From the NCBI GenBank assembly GCA_038065055.1, contig JBBTRT010000004.1, positions 13,677 to 77,676 of the forward strand: a stretch of DNA of 64,000 bases, read 5' to 3'. The position numbers and the translations under genes were made by a program. Within the stretch, counting starts at the first letter, position 1. Every line of letters begins with the position of its first letter. This DNA is from Patescibacteria group bacterium (GTDB lineage: Bacteria; Patescibacteriota; Microgenomatia; UBA1400; CG1-02-47-37). This document shows, piece by piece, positions 21,359 to 31,429 of this stretch. The notes under the pieces were generated by a model. It was not told where the DNA came from. It did not search any database and saw only the letters and a program-made list of their open reading frames with translations.

Positions 21359-21981
21359 ATTTATTTACTCCAACCGGCCTGAAAAAAGAACCCTTAGCGG
21401 TTTCTAAGGCGATTTTCGGCGTTAAAATTAACAGTTCGCTTTTAGCCCAGGCGATCCGGGTGTATTTATCCAATCAGCGTTCCGGTTCCGCCCAATCTAA
21501 AACCCGCAACGAAATTAACGTGACTCACGCCAAAGTTTGGAAGCAAAAAGGCACCGGCCGCGCCCGCCATGGCAGCCGCAACGCCCCGATTTTTGTCGGC
21601 GGCGCCAAAGCTCACGGCCCCAGCGGCGAACAAAATTACCGCCTCAAACTCTCCAAACCCCTGGTCCGCCTAAGCATTTTAACGGCCCTTTCCAAACAAT
21701 TTAAAGCCGAAAATATTATTGCTGTTTCCGGCTTGGAAAAACTGGACCCGAAAACCAAAGTTTTTAACGCGGCTTTTCAAAAATTAACTCCTAATCCAAA
21801 AAAAGTCCTGTTAATTACCGATAAACCCTTAGCTAAAATTTCTCAAGGGACCCGTAACTTGCCTTATTTAGCTGCCTCGTTAGCCGTCGGCATCAACGCT
21901 TATCAAATCTTAACTAGCCGGAAAATTATTTTTACCCCTGAAGCCGTCAAGGCTTTAGAGGCCCAATATGCCCATAACTGA
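21346..21981 (+). CDS. rplD: 50S ribosomal protein L4
   Basis: KQKGTGRARHGS, GGAKAHGP. Confidence 0.97.
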   Translation: MFKLNLFTPTGLKKEPLAVSKAIFGVKINSSLLAQAIRVYLSNQRSGSAQSKTRNEINVTHAKVWKQKGTGRARHGSRNAPIFVGGAKAHGPSGEQNYRLKLSKPLVRLSILTALSKQFKAENIIAVSGLEKLDPKTKVFNAAFQKLTPNPKKVLLITDKPLAKISQGTRNLPYLAASLAVGINAYQILTSRKIIFTPEAVKALEAQYAHN

Positions 21982-22297
21982 TCTATTAACTCCCATTATC
22001 ACCGAAAAATCCTTGCGCTTGGCCGCCAGCGGTAAGTTTAGTTTTTATGTCACCCGTCAAGCCACCAAGACCGGCCTTAAACCGGCCCTGGAAACTATGT
22101 TTAAAGTCAATGTGGTTAAAATTAACATTGTCTCTTTGCCGGCCAAAACCCGCCATTCCGGCAAAAGACGCTTGGCCTCTGTCGGTAATTGGCGCAAAAA
22201 AGCCGTTGTCACTTTAAAACCCGGTCAAACGATAGGATATTTCTCGGTCAAAGACCGATCCGCCTCTGGTGGAAAGTTACCCGAGGCAAAAAAATAA
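21968..22297 (+). CDS. rplW: 50S ribosomal protein L23 with 10-aa C-terminal hairpin-derived insertion
   Basis: PIITEKS, KKAVVTL; extra [10 protein letters not shown]. Confidence 0.95.
   Translation: MPITDLLTPIITEKSLRLAASGKFSFYVTRQATKTGLKPALETMFKVNVVKINIVSLPAKTRHSGKRRLASVGNWRKKAVVTLKPGQTIGYFSVKDRSASGGKLPEAKK
22244..22273. repeat. Double-hairpin element in frame in rplW (family A)
   Basis: TCGGTC-AAA-GACCGA followed by TCCGCC-TCT-GGTGGA; 30 nt, codon aligned. Confidence 0.75.
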
Positions 22298-23121
22298 TGG
22301 CTATCAAACGTTTTAAACCCACTACTCCCGGCCGCCGCCATCGTCAGGATGTTATTTTTTCTGATTTAACCCGCCGCGGTCCGGAAAAAACTTTAATTCG
22401 GAAATTAAACCGCACTGCCGGCCGCAATAATACCGGTAAAATCACTGTCCGCCATCACGGCGGCGGCCACAAACAGCTTTATCGTGTCATTGATTTCAAG
22501 CGCAACCTGGTGGATGTTCCGGCCCGCGTCGACTCAATTGAATATGATCCCAACCGCACCGCCAACATTGCTCTCTTGCACTATCAAAACGGCGCCAAGG
22601 CTTATATTTTGGCCCCGCAAGGCTTAGCTGTCGGCACCACTGTTATTTCTTCCGCTACCGCCCAAATCCGCCCCGGTAACGCCTTAACTTTAGCTAATAT
22701 CCCGGTCGGCACTTTAATCCATAATCTTGAGCTCAAGCCCGGCAAAGGCGGCCAATTGGTCCGTTCTGCCGGTACTGCCGCCATGCTTCAAAGCAAAGAC
22801 AAACTGGCGGTCGTTAAATTGCCCTCCGGCCAGGTGCGGCAAATTCCCTTGAGTTGTTATGCTACAATTGGCGAAGTCGGCAACCCTGATGTTAAAAACA
22901 TTAAGTTAGGTAAAGCGGGCCGGAAGCGCCACATGGGGATTCGTCCCACTGTCCGCGGCGTTGCCCAGAATCCCAGTTCTCACCCTCACGGCGGCGGGGA
23001 AGGCCGCAGCGGCATTGGCCGTAGCTCACCGATGAGTCCTTGGGGTAAAAAGACTTTGGGGAAGCGGACTCGCCGCAAGAAAAAATATTCTAATCAATAT
23101 ATTATTTCGAGGTCTAGCTAA
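22297..23121 (+). CDS. rplB: 50S ribosomal protein L2
   Basis: Start reassigned to ATG 22297; [21 protein letters not shown]. Confidence 0.98.
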   Translation: MAIKRFKPTTPGRRHRQDVIFSDLTRRGPEKTLIRKLNRTAGRNNTGKITVRHHGGGHKQLYRVIDFKRNLVDVPARVDSIEYDPNRTANIALLHYQNGAKAYILAPQGLAVGTTVISSATAQIRPGNALTLANIPVGTLIHNLELKPGKGGQLVRSAGTAAMLQSKDKLAVVKLPSGQVRQIPLSCYATIGEVGNPDVKNIKLGKAGRKRHMGIRPTVRGVAQNPSSHPHGGGEGRSGIGRSSPMSPWGKKTLGKRTRRKKKYSNQYIISRSS

Positions 23122-23123
23122 AT

Positions 23124-23405
23124 ATGAGAAGCAGTAAAAAAGGGCCCTATGTGGACCCAAAATTATTAACCAAAATTGCCAAGCAAAAAGAGCTGGGTAA
23201 AAAAGAGCCGATTAAAACCTGGTCCCGCGCCTGTCAAATCGCCCCGGAATTTGTGGGTTACACTTTTCAGGTCCATAACGGCAAAAAATTTATCGATGTC
23301 TTTATCAATGAAGCCATGGTTGGCCATCGCTTAGGCGAGTTTTCTCCTACCCGGACCTTTAGGGGCCACGGCAAGATGGTCAAGCGCTTGGCTACCAAAA
23401 CTTAA
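23124..23405 (+). CDS. rpsS: 30S ribosomal protein S19
   Basis: [21 protein letters not shown]. Confidence 0.98.
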   Translation: MRSSKKGPYVDPKLLTKIAKQKELGKKEPIKTWSRACQIAPEFVGYTFQVHNGKKFIDVFINEAMVGHRLGEFSPTRTFRGHGKMVKRLATKT

Positions 23406-23410
23406 AAATT

Positions 23411-23773
23411 ATGCAAATTAACGCTCAAAGCAAATACTTGCACCACAGCCCCAGGAAAATGCGCCTGGTGGCAAATTTAATTCGCCCCTTGCCGATTGAG
23501 GCCGCAATGCTTGCTTTAAAAAACTTGCGTTCCCGGGCGGCTCAGCCGGTTCTTAAAGTCTTAACTCAAGCCGTTGCCAATGCCGTTAATAACTTTAATT
23601 TAGCCAAAAATTCCCTCAAAATTCAATCCATCGAAGTTAATCCCGGCCCGACGGCTAAGCGCTGGCAGCCGGTTTCCCGCGGCCGCGCCCACTCAGTTAT
23701 GAAGCGCACCAGCCACATTAAAATTATCCTGGAAAATAAAGAGGAGTCCCATGGGCCAAAAAGTAAATCCTAA
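23411..23773 (+). CDS. rplV: 50S ribosomal protein L22
   Basis: SPRKMRLVA, SRGRA, KRTSHI. Confidence 0.97.
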   Translation: MQINAQSKYLHHSPRKMRLVANLIRPLPIEAAMLALKNLRSRAAQPVLKVLTQAVANAVNNFNLAKNSLKIQSIEVNPGPTAKRWQPVSRGRAHSVMKRTSHIKIILENKEESHGPKSKS

Positions 23774-24428
23774 AAGTTTCCGCATCGGCACTATTTTCTC
23801 CTGGGCCTCTAATTGGTATGCCGAAAAAAGAAACTACCAGGATTTTTTACTGGAGGATATTAAGCTGCGCCGTTTTCTCTTAGGTCATCTGGCCATGGCC
23901 GGGATTACCGATGTTCAAATTGACCGTTCGATTAACACCGTTAACCTGACATTGCGCGTTGCCCGTCCCGGCGTGGTAATTGGCCGCGGCGGTTCCGGTT
24001 TGGAAGAATTGAAAAAAATTATCGCTCAAAAACTCAAACCTATTTCCAAAAACGGCAAGAGTTTGCCTGCCGGTAGGCAGGCCCCTAAATTTGAACTCAA
24101 TGTTGTTGAAGTTAAAAACCCGGATTTATCCGCCCGCTTAATTGGTTTAAGGTTGGCTGACCAAATGTTGCGGCGCTATCCTCACCGCCGGGCGATTGCT
24201 CAGGCTTTGGAAAAAGCCACCAGCGCCGGCGCCAAAGGAGTTAAAATTTGCGTTTCCGGCCGGGTCGGCGGCGCGGAAATTGCCCGCACGGAAAAATACA
24301 CTCATGGCAGCGTGCCTTTAAGCACCATTCGGGCTAAAATTGACTACTTCGAACAGCCGGCTTTTACCAAATACGGTTACGTCGGTATTAAAGTCTGGGT
24401 CTACACAGGAGAAGAGGAGATTAAATAA
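23751..24428 (+). CDS. rpsC: 30S ribosomal protein S3 with hairpin-derived insertion
   Basis: MGQKVNP, RPGVVIGRGG, GRVGGAEIAR; extra SLPAGRQA. Confidence 0.98.
   Translation: MGQKVNPKSFRIGTIFSWASNWYAEKRNYQDFLLEDIKLRRFLLGHLAMAGITDVQIDRSINTVNLTLRVARPGVVIGRGGSGLEELKKIIAQKLKPISKNGKSLPAGRQAPKFELNVVEVKNPDLSARLIGLRLADQMLRRYPHRRAIAQALEKATSAGAKGVKICVSGRVGGAEIARTEKYTHGSVPLSTIRAKIDYFEQPAFTKYGYVGIKVWVYTGEEEIK
24061..24082. repeat. Palindromic element in frame in rpsC (LPAGRQ family)
   Basis: GTTTGCCTGC-CG-GTAGGCAGGC; perfect core GCCTGCC-GGTA-GGCAGGC. Confidence 0.75.
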
Positions 24429-24838
24429 TGCTGCAGCCTAAGCGCCAAAAATACCGCAAACAATTTCACGGTTCCATGAAAGGCATGGCCACTGCCGGCT
24501 GCCGCTTGTCTTTTGGCGAATTTGGCTTAAAATCCTTAACTTGCGGCTGGCTGACTGCCCGCCAGATTGAAGCCGCCCGTAAAACCATTTCTCATAAAAC
24601 CAAACGCGTCGGCAAGCTCTGGATCCGGGTTTTCCCGGACAAACCCTACACTAAAAAAGGCGCGGGCGTTCGCATGGGCGGCGGCAAAGGCGAAATTGAA
24701 GGTTATGTCTGCGTGGTCAAACCCGGCCGGATGCTCTTTGAACTCGCCGGCGTCACCCCAGAAATCGCCCGGTCAGCCTTTACTTTAGCCACCCGCAAAC
24801 TGCCCTTTACCACTAAATTTATCGAACGCCAAATATGA
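24428..24838 (+). CDS. rplP: 50S ribosomal protein L16
   Basis: MLQPKRQKYRKQ, QIEAAR, RMGGGKG. Confidence 0.98.
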   Translation: MLQPKRQKYRKQFHGSMKGMATAGCRLSFGEFGLKSLTCGWLTARQIEAARKTISHKTKRVGKLWIRVFPDKPYTKKGAGVRMGGGKGEIEGYVCVVKPGRMLFELAGVTPEIARSAFTLATRKLPFTTKFIERQI

Positions 24839-24981
24839 ACCAAGATTTAATTAAACTTCAAGCCGAGCTAACCAAGCTCAAGCTAGATTTAACCACTAAC
24901 CAATTAAAAAATACCAGCTTATTAAAGAAAAAGCGGGCCGAAATTGCCCGCCTGAAATCCGCCTCTGGCGGAAAAAAATAA
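24835..24981 (+). CDS. rpmC: 50S ribosomal protein L29 (48 aa, not in ORF track)
   Basis: Own translation MNQDLIKLQAELTKLKLDLTTNQLKNTSLLKKKRAEIARLKSASGGKK; canonical position between rplP and rpsQ; ATGA overlap. Confidence 0.88.
   Translation: MNQDLIKLQAELTKLKLDLTTNQLKNTSLLKKKRAEIARLKSASGGKK
24958..24972. repeat. Hairpin element in frame at rpmC C-terminus (family A)
   Basis: Perfect TCCGCC-TCT-GGCGGA encoding SASGG; 14/15 identical to the rplW copy. Confidence 0.75.
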
Positions 24982-24984
24982 CTT

Positions 24985-25209
24985 ATGAAACAACTTACCG
25001 GTAAAGTTATTACTAGCTCAACCCCTCAGGCCGCGACCGTGGAAATTGTCCGGCGCTGGGCCCATCCGGTGTATAAAAAAACCATTACCCGCCGCAAAAA
25101 ATACTTAACTCACTGCTTAATTAAAGTGGTTCCCGGCGACAAAGTTATTATTCAGGAATGCAAACCTATCAGCAAAAGAAAACGCTGGCAGTTAATTAAA
25201 AAAATATGA
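24985..25209 (+). CDS. rpsQ: 30S ribosomal protein S17
   Basis: [24 protein letters not shown]. Confidence 0.95.
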   Translation: MKQLTGKVITSSTPQAATVEIVRRWAHPVYKKTITRRKKYLTHCLIKVVPGDKVIIQECKPISKRKRWQLIKKI

Positions 25210-25580
25210 TTCAGATAAGATCAATTTTAAAAGTCGCTGATAATTCCGGAGCTAAAAAAATCCGGGTAATTTTGGTGCATGGCGGGTCTAAGCGGCGTTT
25301 TGGCTACATTGGCGATTTGGTCACGTGCTCAATTATTCAGGCCCAGCCGCACGCCGCGGTTAACGTCGGTGAAATCGTTAAAGCCGTTGTCGTCCGCGCC
25401 CGCAAAGAAACCCGCCGAAGTGACGGCTCCTATATCCGTTTTGACGATAACGCCGCTGTCCTCCTGGAAAATGTGGAGAATAAAGAACCCAAGGCCACCC
25501 GTATTTTTGGCCCGATTGCCCGGGAAGTGAAAAATCTTGGCTATAATAAAATTGCTTCATTGGCCCCGGAGGTTTTATAA
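25206..25580 (+). CDS. rplN: 50S ribosomal protein L14
   Basis: [24 protein letters not shown]. Confidence 0.98.
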   Translation: MIQIRSILKVADNSGAKKIRVILVHGGSKRRFGYIGDLVTCSIIQAQPHAAVNVGEIVKAVVVRARKETRRSDGSYIRFDDNAAVLLENVENKEPKATRIFGPIAREVKNLGYNKIASLAPEVL

Positions 25581-25581
25581 T

Positions 25582-25887
25582 ATGAAACTTAAAAAAGGCG
25601 ATCAGGTCAAAGTCATGCTCGGTAAAGACCGGGGTAAATTAGGCAAAGTTGAAGCCGTGTTTCCCCGGGACAATAGCGTGGTGGTTACCGGCGTTAATAT
25701 GTATAAAAAACACGTTAAAAAACAGGGCCAGGATAAGCCCGGCGGGATTATTGATTTAACCAAGCCGTTAAATGTCGCCAAAGTGGCTTTAATTTGTCCC
25801 CAGTGCCACTTAATCACCCGCATCGGTTTTTCCGGTGTTGGCCCTAAGAAAGTTAGAATTTGTAAAAAATGCCGGAAACCCTTATGA
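25582..25887 (+). CDS. rplX: 50S ribosomal protein L24
   Basis: Start ATG 25582; KOW motif KKGDQVKVMLGKDRGK; C-terminal CxxC...CxxC. Confidence 0.97.
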   Translation: MKLKKGDQVKVMLGKDRGKLGKVEAVFPRDNSVVVTGVNMYKKHVKKQGQDKPGGIIDLTKPLNVAKVALICPQCHLITRIGFSGVGPKKVRICKKCRKPL

Positions 25888-26423
25888 ACCGCTTAAAAGA
25901 AAAATATTTAAATCAAGTTTTGCCGGCCTTAATGAAAGAATTGGGTTTTACCAATATTTTAGCCGTGCCCAAAATTACTAAAATTGTCTTAAATATCGGC
26001 ATCAAAGAAGGCGCCGGCGATAAAGGCGTGGCCAAGAAAATTCAGGAATACTTTAGCTTGATTGCCGGCCAAAAAGCGATTCTGACAAGGGCCAGAAAAG
26101 CCGAAGCCGCTTTTAAAATCCGCGAAAACGATATTATCGGTGTTAAAGCGACCCTAAGAGGGGAAAGAATGTACGTTTTCCTGGATAAATTAATTGCCAT
26201 TGTTTTGCCCCAGGTGCGTGATTTTCAGGGAGTCAGCCGGACCGGTTTTGACGGCCGCGGCAATTATTCCTTAGGTTTTCCCGAACAGATTATCTTTCCC
26301 GAAGTCGACTATGATAAAATCGACTCGGTTCGCGGTTTGCAGTTTACCATTGTCACTACCGCCAAAACTAACCAGCAAGCCCTCAGGCTCCTGGAATTAT
26401 TAGGTATGCCTTTCACAAAATAA
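25884..26423 (+). CDS. rplE: 50S ribosomal protein L5
   Basis: Start ATG 25884; [21 protein letters not shown]. Confidence 0.98.
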   Translation: MNRLKEKYLNQVLPALMKELGFTNILAVPKITKIVLNIGIKEGAGDKGVAKKIQEYFSLIAGQKAILTRARKAEAAFKIRENDIIGVKATLRGERMYVFLDKLIAIVLPQVRDFQGVSRTGFDGRGNYSLGFPEQIIFPEVDYDKIDSVRGLQFTIVTTAKTNQQALRLLELLGMPFTK

Positions 26424-26424
26424 T

Positions 26425-26610
26425 ATGGCCAAAGTTAAATTTTTTGCCAAACAAGCCAAAAAGCCGAAATTTGTCACCCGGTTTCGTAATCGCTGTAAGC
26501 TGTGCGGCCGCCCCCGGGCTTATATCCGCCATTTTGGTTTATGCCGTTTATGTTTTAGAAAATTAGCTCATCAGGGTGAATTGCCCGGAGTGACGAAAGC
26601 GAGTTGGTAA
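26425..26610 (+). CDS. rpsN: 30S ribosomal protein S14 (Zn-binding type Z)
   Basis: RCKLCGRP...[16 protein letters not shown]. Confidence 0.97.
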   Translation: MAKVKFFAKQAKKPKFVTRFRNRCKLCGRPRAYIRHFGLCRLCFRKLAHQGELPGVTKASW

Positions 26611-26615
26611 CTTTT

Positions 26616-27008
26616 ATGACTACTGATCCGATTGCCGATTTATTGGTCCAGCTTAAAAATGCCCAAATGGTTAAAAAAACTAAGGTGGTTTTGCCTTATT
26701 CTCAGATTAAGGCCGCTATTCTTAAAATTTTGCTCGCGGAAAAATTAGTTGCCTCATTTAAAATCATCGCTGTTAAACCTCATAAAAATTTGGAGATTGT
26801 TCTGAAATATTCCGGTTTTGTGCCGGCGATTACGGCTTTTAAGCGCCTTTCCAAGCCCGGCGCCCGGGTTTATTCAGGGGTGGATAAGCTTAACCGTTAT
26901 TTGCGCGGCCGCGGTCTAACCATTATTTCCACCTCTAAAGGTTTGCTGACTGCCCGAGAAGCCAAAAAATTAAAAATCAGCGGAGAGGTTTTATTCCGCA
27001 TCAATTAA
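26616..27008 (+). CDS. rpsH: 30S ribosomal protein S8
   Basis: Start ATG 26616; TDPIADL, SKPGARVY, ISTSKG. Confidence 0.97.
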   Translation: MTTDPIADLLVQLKNAQMVKKTKVVLPYSQIKAAILKILLAEKLVASFKIIAVKPHKNLEIVLKYSGFVPAITAFKRLSKPGARVYSGVDKLNRYLRGRGLTIISTSKGLLTAREAKKLKISGEVLFRIN

Positions 27009-27011
27009 ATT

Positions 27012-27560
27012 ATGTCCAGAATCGGTAAACAACCCATTATTATTCCTGCCAATGTTACGGTTGATTTGACGCCAGATCAGGTGGTAGTTAAATCCGGCTC
27101 CTTGGAATTAAAGCAGTCTCTTCCGGCTGGCGTCACCGTTAAAATTGTCGAAGGCAAAGTTCAGGTTAGCCCTGATAATGACTCCCGGCCGGTAAAAGCT
27201 CTGCACGGTCTCGTCAGAAGCTTAATTGCCAACATGGTCACCGGCGTGACTACCGGCTACGCCAAAACCCTGGAAATTCAGGGTACTGGTTATCGGGCGG
27301 TGCCCAAAGGCGAAGGCCTTGAATTTTCTCTGGGTTACTCACACACCATCTTGTTTAATCCTCCCCCGGGAATTAAATTAGAGCTGCAGGAAAATAAATA
27401 TATTGTCATTACCGGCGCCGATAAATACCTGGTCGGTCAAGTTGCCGCCAATATCCGCGATCTACGCCAGCCCGATCCCTACAAAGGCAAAGGCATCCGC
27501 TATAAAGGCGAAGTAATTAAATTAAAACCCGGTAAAGCCGCCAAGGCCGCCGCCGCTTAA
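27012..27560 (+). CDS. rplF: 50S ribosomal protein L6
   Basis: MSRIGKQP, PDPYKGKGIRY. Confidence 0.98.
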   Translation: MSRIGKQPIIIPANVTVDLTPDQVVVKSGSLELKQSLPAGVTVKIVEGKVQVSPDNDSRPVKALHGLVRSLIANMVTGVTTGYAKTLEIQGTGYRAVPKGEGLEFSLGYSHTILFNPPPGIKLELQENKYIVITGADKYLVGQVAANIRDLRQPDPYKGKGIRYKGEVIKLKPGKAAKAAAA

Positions 27561-27563
27561 AAT

Positions 27564-27881
27564 ATGATCAAAAGATATTCTCATCCTTATCAAAAACGCG
27601 CCCTCATGGTTCACCGCCATACCCGGGGCACTGATTCCCGGCCGCGCCTGACTGTTTTCCGGTCTTTAAAGCACATTTATGCTCAAATTATCAATGACCA
27701 GGTGGGTAAAACCCTAGCCGCCGCTTCCGGCACCGATGCCGCCGCTGTCGGTAAAGATTTAGCCGCTTTGGCCCTAACTAAGAAAATTAGCGCGGTGGTT
27801 TTTGACCGCGGCCGCTATCAGTATCATGGCCGGGTTAAGGCTTTAGCCGAAGCCGCCCGCCAGGGAGGATTAAAGTTTTAA
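27564..27881 (+). CDS. rplR: 50S ribosomal protein L18
   Basis: [28 protein letters not shown]. Confidence 0.97.
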   Translation: MIKRYSHPYQKRALMVHRHTRGTDSRPRLTVFRSLKHIYAQIINDQVGKTLAAASGTDAAAVGKDLAALALTKKISAVVFDRGRYQYHGRVKALAEAARQGGLKF

Positions 27882-27882
27882 T

Positions 27883-28359
27883 ATGCCCAGATTCAATCAT
27901 CAGCAATCGGGAGATAAAGAATTTTCCGAAAAAGTAATTCAGGTTAACCGGGTTTCCAAAAAAACCAAAGGCGGCAACCAATTTGGCTTTTCCGTTTTAA
28001 TGGTTGTGGGTGACAAAAAAGGCCGGGTCGGCGTTGGTTTAGGCAAAGCCCCGGATGTTTTATCTTCCATTCATAAAGGCGTCCGTTTAGCCAAGAAAAA
28101 TATGTTTACCGTCGTTATGAATAAAACCACTATTCCTCATGATATCAAGGTTAAATTCGGCGCGGCCGTGGTTTTGTTAAAACCCGCTCCGGCCGGCAGC
28201 GGCGTGATTGCCGGCGGCGCTGTTCGGGCAGTCATGGAAGCGGCCGGAATTAAAGATATTTCCAGCAAAGTCCTTGGCAGCCGCAATAAGGCCAGCAATG
28301 TTTACTGCACCATCAAAGCTCTTAAAATGCTGACGGCTAGAAAGGAAACTCATGCCTAA
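27883..28359 (+). CDS. rpsE: 30S ribosomal protein S5
   Basis: [17 protein letters not shown]. Confidence 0.98.
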   Translation: MPRFNHQQSGDKEFSEKVIQVNRVSKKTKGGNQFGFSVLMVVGDKKGRVGVGLGKAPDVLSSIHKGVRLAKKNMFTVVMNKTTIPHDIKVKFGAAVVLLKPAPAGSGVIAGGAVRAVMEAAGIKDISSKVLGSRNKASNVYCTIKALKMLTARKETHA

Positions 28360-28741
28360 AAAAAGACTTGGTCGGGGTTATGGTTCCGGCAAAGGCGGTC
28401 ACACCTCCAGCCGCGGCCAAAAAGGCCAAAATTCAAGAAGCAAGCGGCCATTGTATTTTGAAGGTACGCCGATGCGCAAAAGTTTAATCCGCCGCATGCC
28501 CATGTTGCGCGGCAAATTAAGGTTTAAATCCCGCCAGGATAAGCCGCTTATTTTAAATCTCAAAGATTTAGCCGGCTGGCCGGTTAAAGAGGTAGTTTCC
28601 GTGGACAATTTAATTAAATTTGGACGTTTGCCCAAAGAGGCTAAGCTTTACGGCGTTAAACTCTTAGGCGAAGGCAAGCTGGAAGCCAAATTAAAAGTTG
28701 ACCTGCCTATGTCTAAATCAGTCGCCAAAAAATTAACCTAA
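28352..28741 (+). CDS. rplO: 50S ribosomal protein L15 (short)
   Basis: RLGRGYGSGKGG, RGQKGQNSR, FEG. Confidence 0.95.
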   Translation: MPKKRLGRGYGSGKGGHTSSRGQKGQNSRSKRPLYFEGTPMRKSLIRRMPMLRGKLRFKSRQDKPLILNLKDLAGWPVKEVVSVDNLIKFGRLPKEAKLYGVKLLGEGKLEAKLKVDLPMSKSVAKKLT

Positions 28742-30028
28742 ATGCCCAACTTTTTAACGCCTTTAATTAACGCCTTTAAGATTAAAGATCTCAGGCAGAA
28801 ACTGCTTTTTACTTTATTAATTTTTGTTGTTTTTCGCTTTTTGGCTTACATTCCGGTGCCGGGCGTCGACTTAAACGCCATGCGCCAGTTATTCAGCGGT
28901 AACCAAATTCTCGGGATGCTGGACATGTTCTCCGGCGGCACCTTGGCTAATTTTTCCATCCTGGCCCTGGGCCTTGGCCCTTACATCAATGCCTCGATTG
29001 TGCTGCAGCTGGCCACGATTATTTTCCCCAAGCTCGAAGCCTTAAGTAAAGAAGGCGAGTATGGCCGGGAACAAATCAATCAGTACACCCGCCTCTTATC
29101 CATTCCTTTATCTGCCCTTCAGGCAATCGGCATGGTTTTGCTTTTAAAAAACCAGCAGATTTTAACTTTTAACTCTCCCTTGGATGTCGTTAACGTCGTT
29201 ATTACCATGATTGCCGGCTCGGTTATTTTAATGTGGCTGGGTGAATTATTAACCGAGTACGGCATCGGTAACGGCATCTCGGTCTTAATTTTTGCCGGCA
29301 TCGTCGGCCGCTTGCCCGTGACTTTGCTCCAAACCGGCTCTATCAGCCAAACTTTAAGCCTGACCAATATGCTCTTTTTCGGCATTTTAGGCCTGGTCGT
29401 GATTGCCGGGATTGTTTTTGTTAACGAAGCCACCCGGCAGATTCCCGTCCGTTATGCCCGCCGTATCAGAAGCAATACTAGCGGTAGCCAAACCACCCAC
29501 TTGCCCTTGCGCGTCAACCAGGCTGGCGTTATCCCGATTATTTTTGCGGTTTCTTTAGTGGTTATGCCTTCGGTTGTTGGTAATTATTTATTGCAATCCA
29601 AATTGCCCCAACTGGTAACTTTTGCCCGTCAGTTGGTCAACATTTTTGACCCCAACCGCTGGCCTTACCATCTGATTTATTTCTTATTGGTCATCGGTTT
29701 CACTTATTTTTACACTGCCGTCACCTTTAACCCCGATAAAATCAGCGACGAAATCAAAAAATACGGCGGCTTTATTCCCGGCATCCGTCCCGGCCGCTCC
29801 ACTGCTGACTATCTTTCTTTTGTCTTGAACCGGATTACCCTGGTTGGCGCGGTCTTTTTGGGGTTAGTGGCGATTTTGCCTTCTTTGGCCAGTTACGGCA
29901 CCGGCATTTCCACTATGACTATCGGCGGCACCGGAATATTAATCGTGGTTTCGGTAGTTTTGGAAATCAGCAAAAGTCTGGAATCGCAATTAATTATGCA
30001 TAATTACGAGGGTTTCCTCAAGGAGTAA
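28742..30028 (+). CDS. secY: Preprotein translocase SecY
   Basis: [31 protein letters not shown]. Confidence 0.99.
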   Translation: MPNFLTPLINAFKIKDLRQKLLFTLLIFVVFRFLAYIPVPGVDLNAMRQLFSGNQILGMLDMFSGGTLANFSILALGLGPYINASIVLQLATIIFPKLEALSKEGEYGREQINQYTRLLSIPLSALQAIGMVLLLKNQQILTFNSPLDVVNVVITMIAGSVILMWLGELLTEYGIGNGISVLIFAGIVGRLPVTLLQTGSISQTLSLTNMLFFGILGLVVIAGIVFVNEATRQIPVRYARRIRSNTSGSQTTHLPLRVNQAGVIPIIFAVSLVVMPSVVGNYLLQSKLPQLVTFARQLVNIFDPNRWPYHLIYFLLVIGFTYFYTAVTFNPDKISDEIKKYGGFIPGIRPGRSTADYLSFVLNRITLVGAVFLGLVAILPSLASYGTGISTMTIGGTGILIVVSVVLEISKSLESQLIMHNYEGFLKE

Positions 30029-30046
30029 CCCCCAAAGGGGGCAAGT

Positions 30047-30619
30047 ATGTTTATAATCTTCTACGGCCCCGAGGGGTCCGGCAAAAGCACTCAAGCCAAA
30101 TTATTAGCCGAAAAATTGAAATTGCCCCACTTAGTCTCCGGCGATTTAGTCCGTTATTATGCCGGTAAAGACAAGGGGATTATGGGCGATATCTGCCGCG
30201 AAGCCTTAAAATTAGGCCATTATGTGGCTGACTCGGAAATGTTTGTGCTCTGGAAAGTCCGCCTCAAGGAACCCGATGCCGCCAACGGTTTTGTCATCGA
30301 CGGTTTTCCCCGCAATCACTCCCAGGCTCTGTTTTTAGACGATAAACTCGAAAAATACGGCCACCAGGTTGATCATGTGTTTTTCCTCGAGGTCAGCGAA
30401 GCCGAATCTGTTAAACGCTTGTTAAAGCGCAGCCGGGTCAATCCTGACGGTTCCTTAAATGACACCGAGGCAAACATTAGCGGCCGGTTAAAGCTTTACC
30501 AGGAGCAGGAAGCCGACGTGTTAAAGTTTTACGAGCAAAAAGGGTTATTGAAAAAAGTTAACGGCGAACAAAGCATTGAGAAAATTCACCAGGATATATG
30601 CCGGTTGTTAAGCCTGTAA
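30047..30619 (+). CDS. adk: Adenylate kinase (short LID)
   Basis: GPEGSGKSTQA, SGDLVR, DGFPR; follows secY. Confidence 0.9.
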   Translation: MFIIFYGPEGSGKSTQAKLLAEKLKLPHLVSGDLVRYYAGKDKGIMGDICREALKLGHYVADSEMFVLWKVRLKEPDAANGFVIDGFPRNHSQALFLDDKLEKYGHQVDHVFFLEVSEAESVKRLLKRSRVNPDGSLNDTEANISGRLKLYQEQEADVLKFYEQKGLLKKVNGEQSIEKIHQDICRLLSL

Positions 30620-31170
30620 TTATTGCCGTCGTTGGCATGGCCGGTTCCGGCAAGTCCGTTGTCTCTGATTATTTAAAATCCAAAGGCTATCCTGTCCTTA
30701 GGTTTGGCGACGTCACCGACGAGGGTCTCCGCCTGCAAGGTGAGACCCTGCAGGAAGAAAACGAGCGCCTTTACCGGGAAAACTTGCGTCGCGACCTCGG
30801 CATGGCCGCCTATGCTATAAAAATCGAACCCCGCCTTAAGAAGGCCTTACGTTACCACTCCGGAGTGGTAATCTTAGACGGTCTTTACTCCTGGGAAGAA
30901 TATTTGTACCTCAAACCAAAGTTTCCCCAGTTAAAACTCTTGGCGGTTTACACCCAACCGGAATTGCGCCTTCAGCGCCTCTCCAAACGCTCGATTCGCC
31001 CCTTAACCGGTGCTGAAACTGAAGCCCGCGACCAGGCGGAAATCGAAAACCTCCACAAAGCCGGCCCCATCGCCCTCGCCGATTACTTGGTTACCAACAA
31101 CGGTTCTGTTAGTGATCTCCACTCCCAGCTCGACATTTACCTTCAGGGATTATCCCTGCAAGGCCTATAA
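30598..31170 (+). CDS. P-loop nucleotide kinase (UPF0200 / archaeal dephospho-CoA-kinase-like)
   Basis: VGMAGSGKS, LRFGD, ILDGLYSWEEY, RDQAEIE, IALADY. Confidence 0.75.
   Translation: MPVVKPVIIAVVGMAGSGKSVVSDYLKSKGYPVLRFGDVTDEGLRLQGETLQEENERLYRENLRRDLGMAAYAIKIEPRLKKALRYHSGVVILDGLYSWEEYLYLKPKFPQLKLLAVYTQPELRLQRLSKRSIRPLTGAETEARDQAEIENLHKAGPIALADYLVTNNGSVSDLHSQLDIYLQGLSLQGL
31139..31163. repeat. Hairpin element family C in kinase C-terminus
   Basis: ACCTTCAGGGATTATCCCTGCAAGG; first 17 nt identical to the reverse complement of 14646-14662. Confidence 0.6.
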
Positions 31171-31219
31171 TTTTCCCTATTGACATCTCCAGAGAGAAAG
31201 CCTATTATCTGGGTTAAAT

Positions 31220-31429
31220 ATGGCACTAAGAGAAACAGTTGAAAACCACACTCTGGTTTTAAAGGCCAATGGTAAAATCCTCAGTATAGAGGCTACTCTG
31301 AGTGAGGCATTAGTCAAGGTGCCAGTGGATGGTTCTGGTTCGACACAACTTCTTACTTTCGGCGACACATATACCGATGCCGCCGGTAATCTTGTCAAGC
31401 ACGGCGTCACTGACGGCCTCACCCATTAA
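31220..31429 (+). CDS. Hypothetical protein
   Basis: 69-aa ORF preceded by TTGACA-17-TATTAT (31180-31208). Confidence 0.5.
   Translation: MALRETVENHTLVLKANGKILSIEATLSEALVKVPVDGSGSTQLLTFGDTYTDAAGNLVKHGVTDGLTH

Noticed and set aside
30029-30041. CCCCC-AAA-GGGGG after secY as a terminator
   Set aside because: Only 5 bp, no U tract, 5 nt before the adk start; too weak to call
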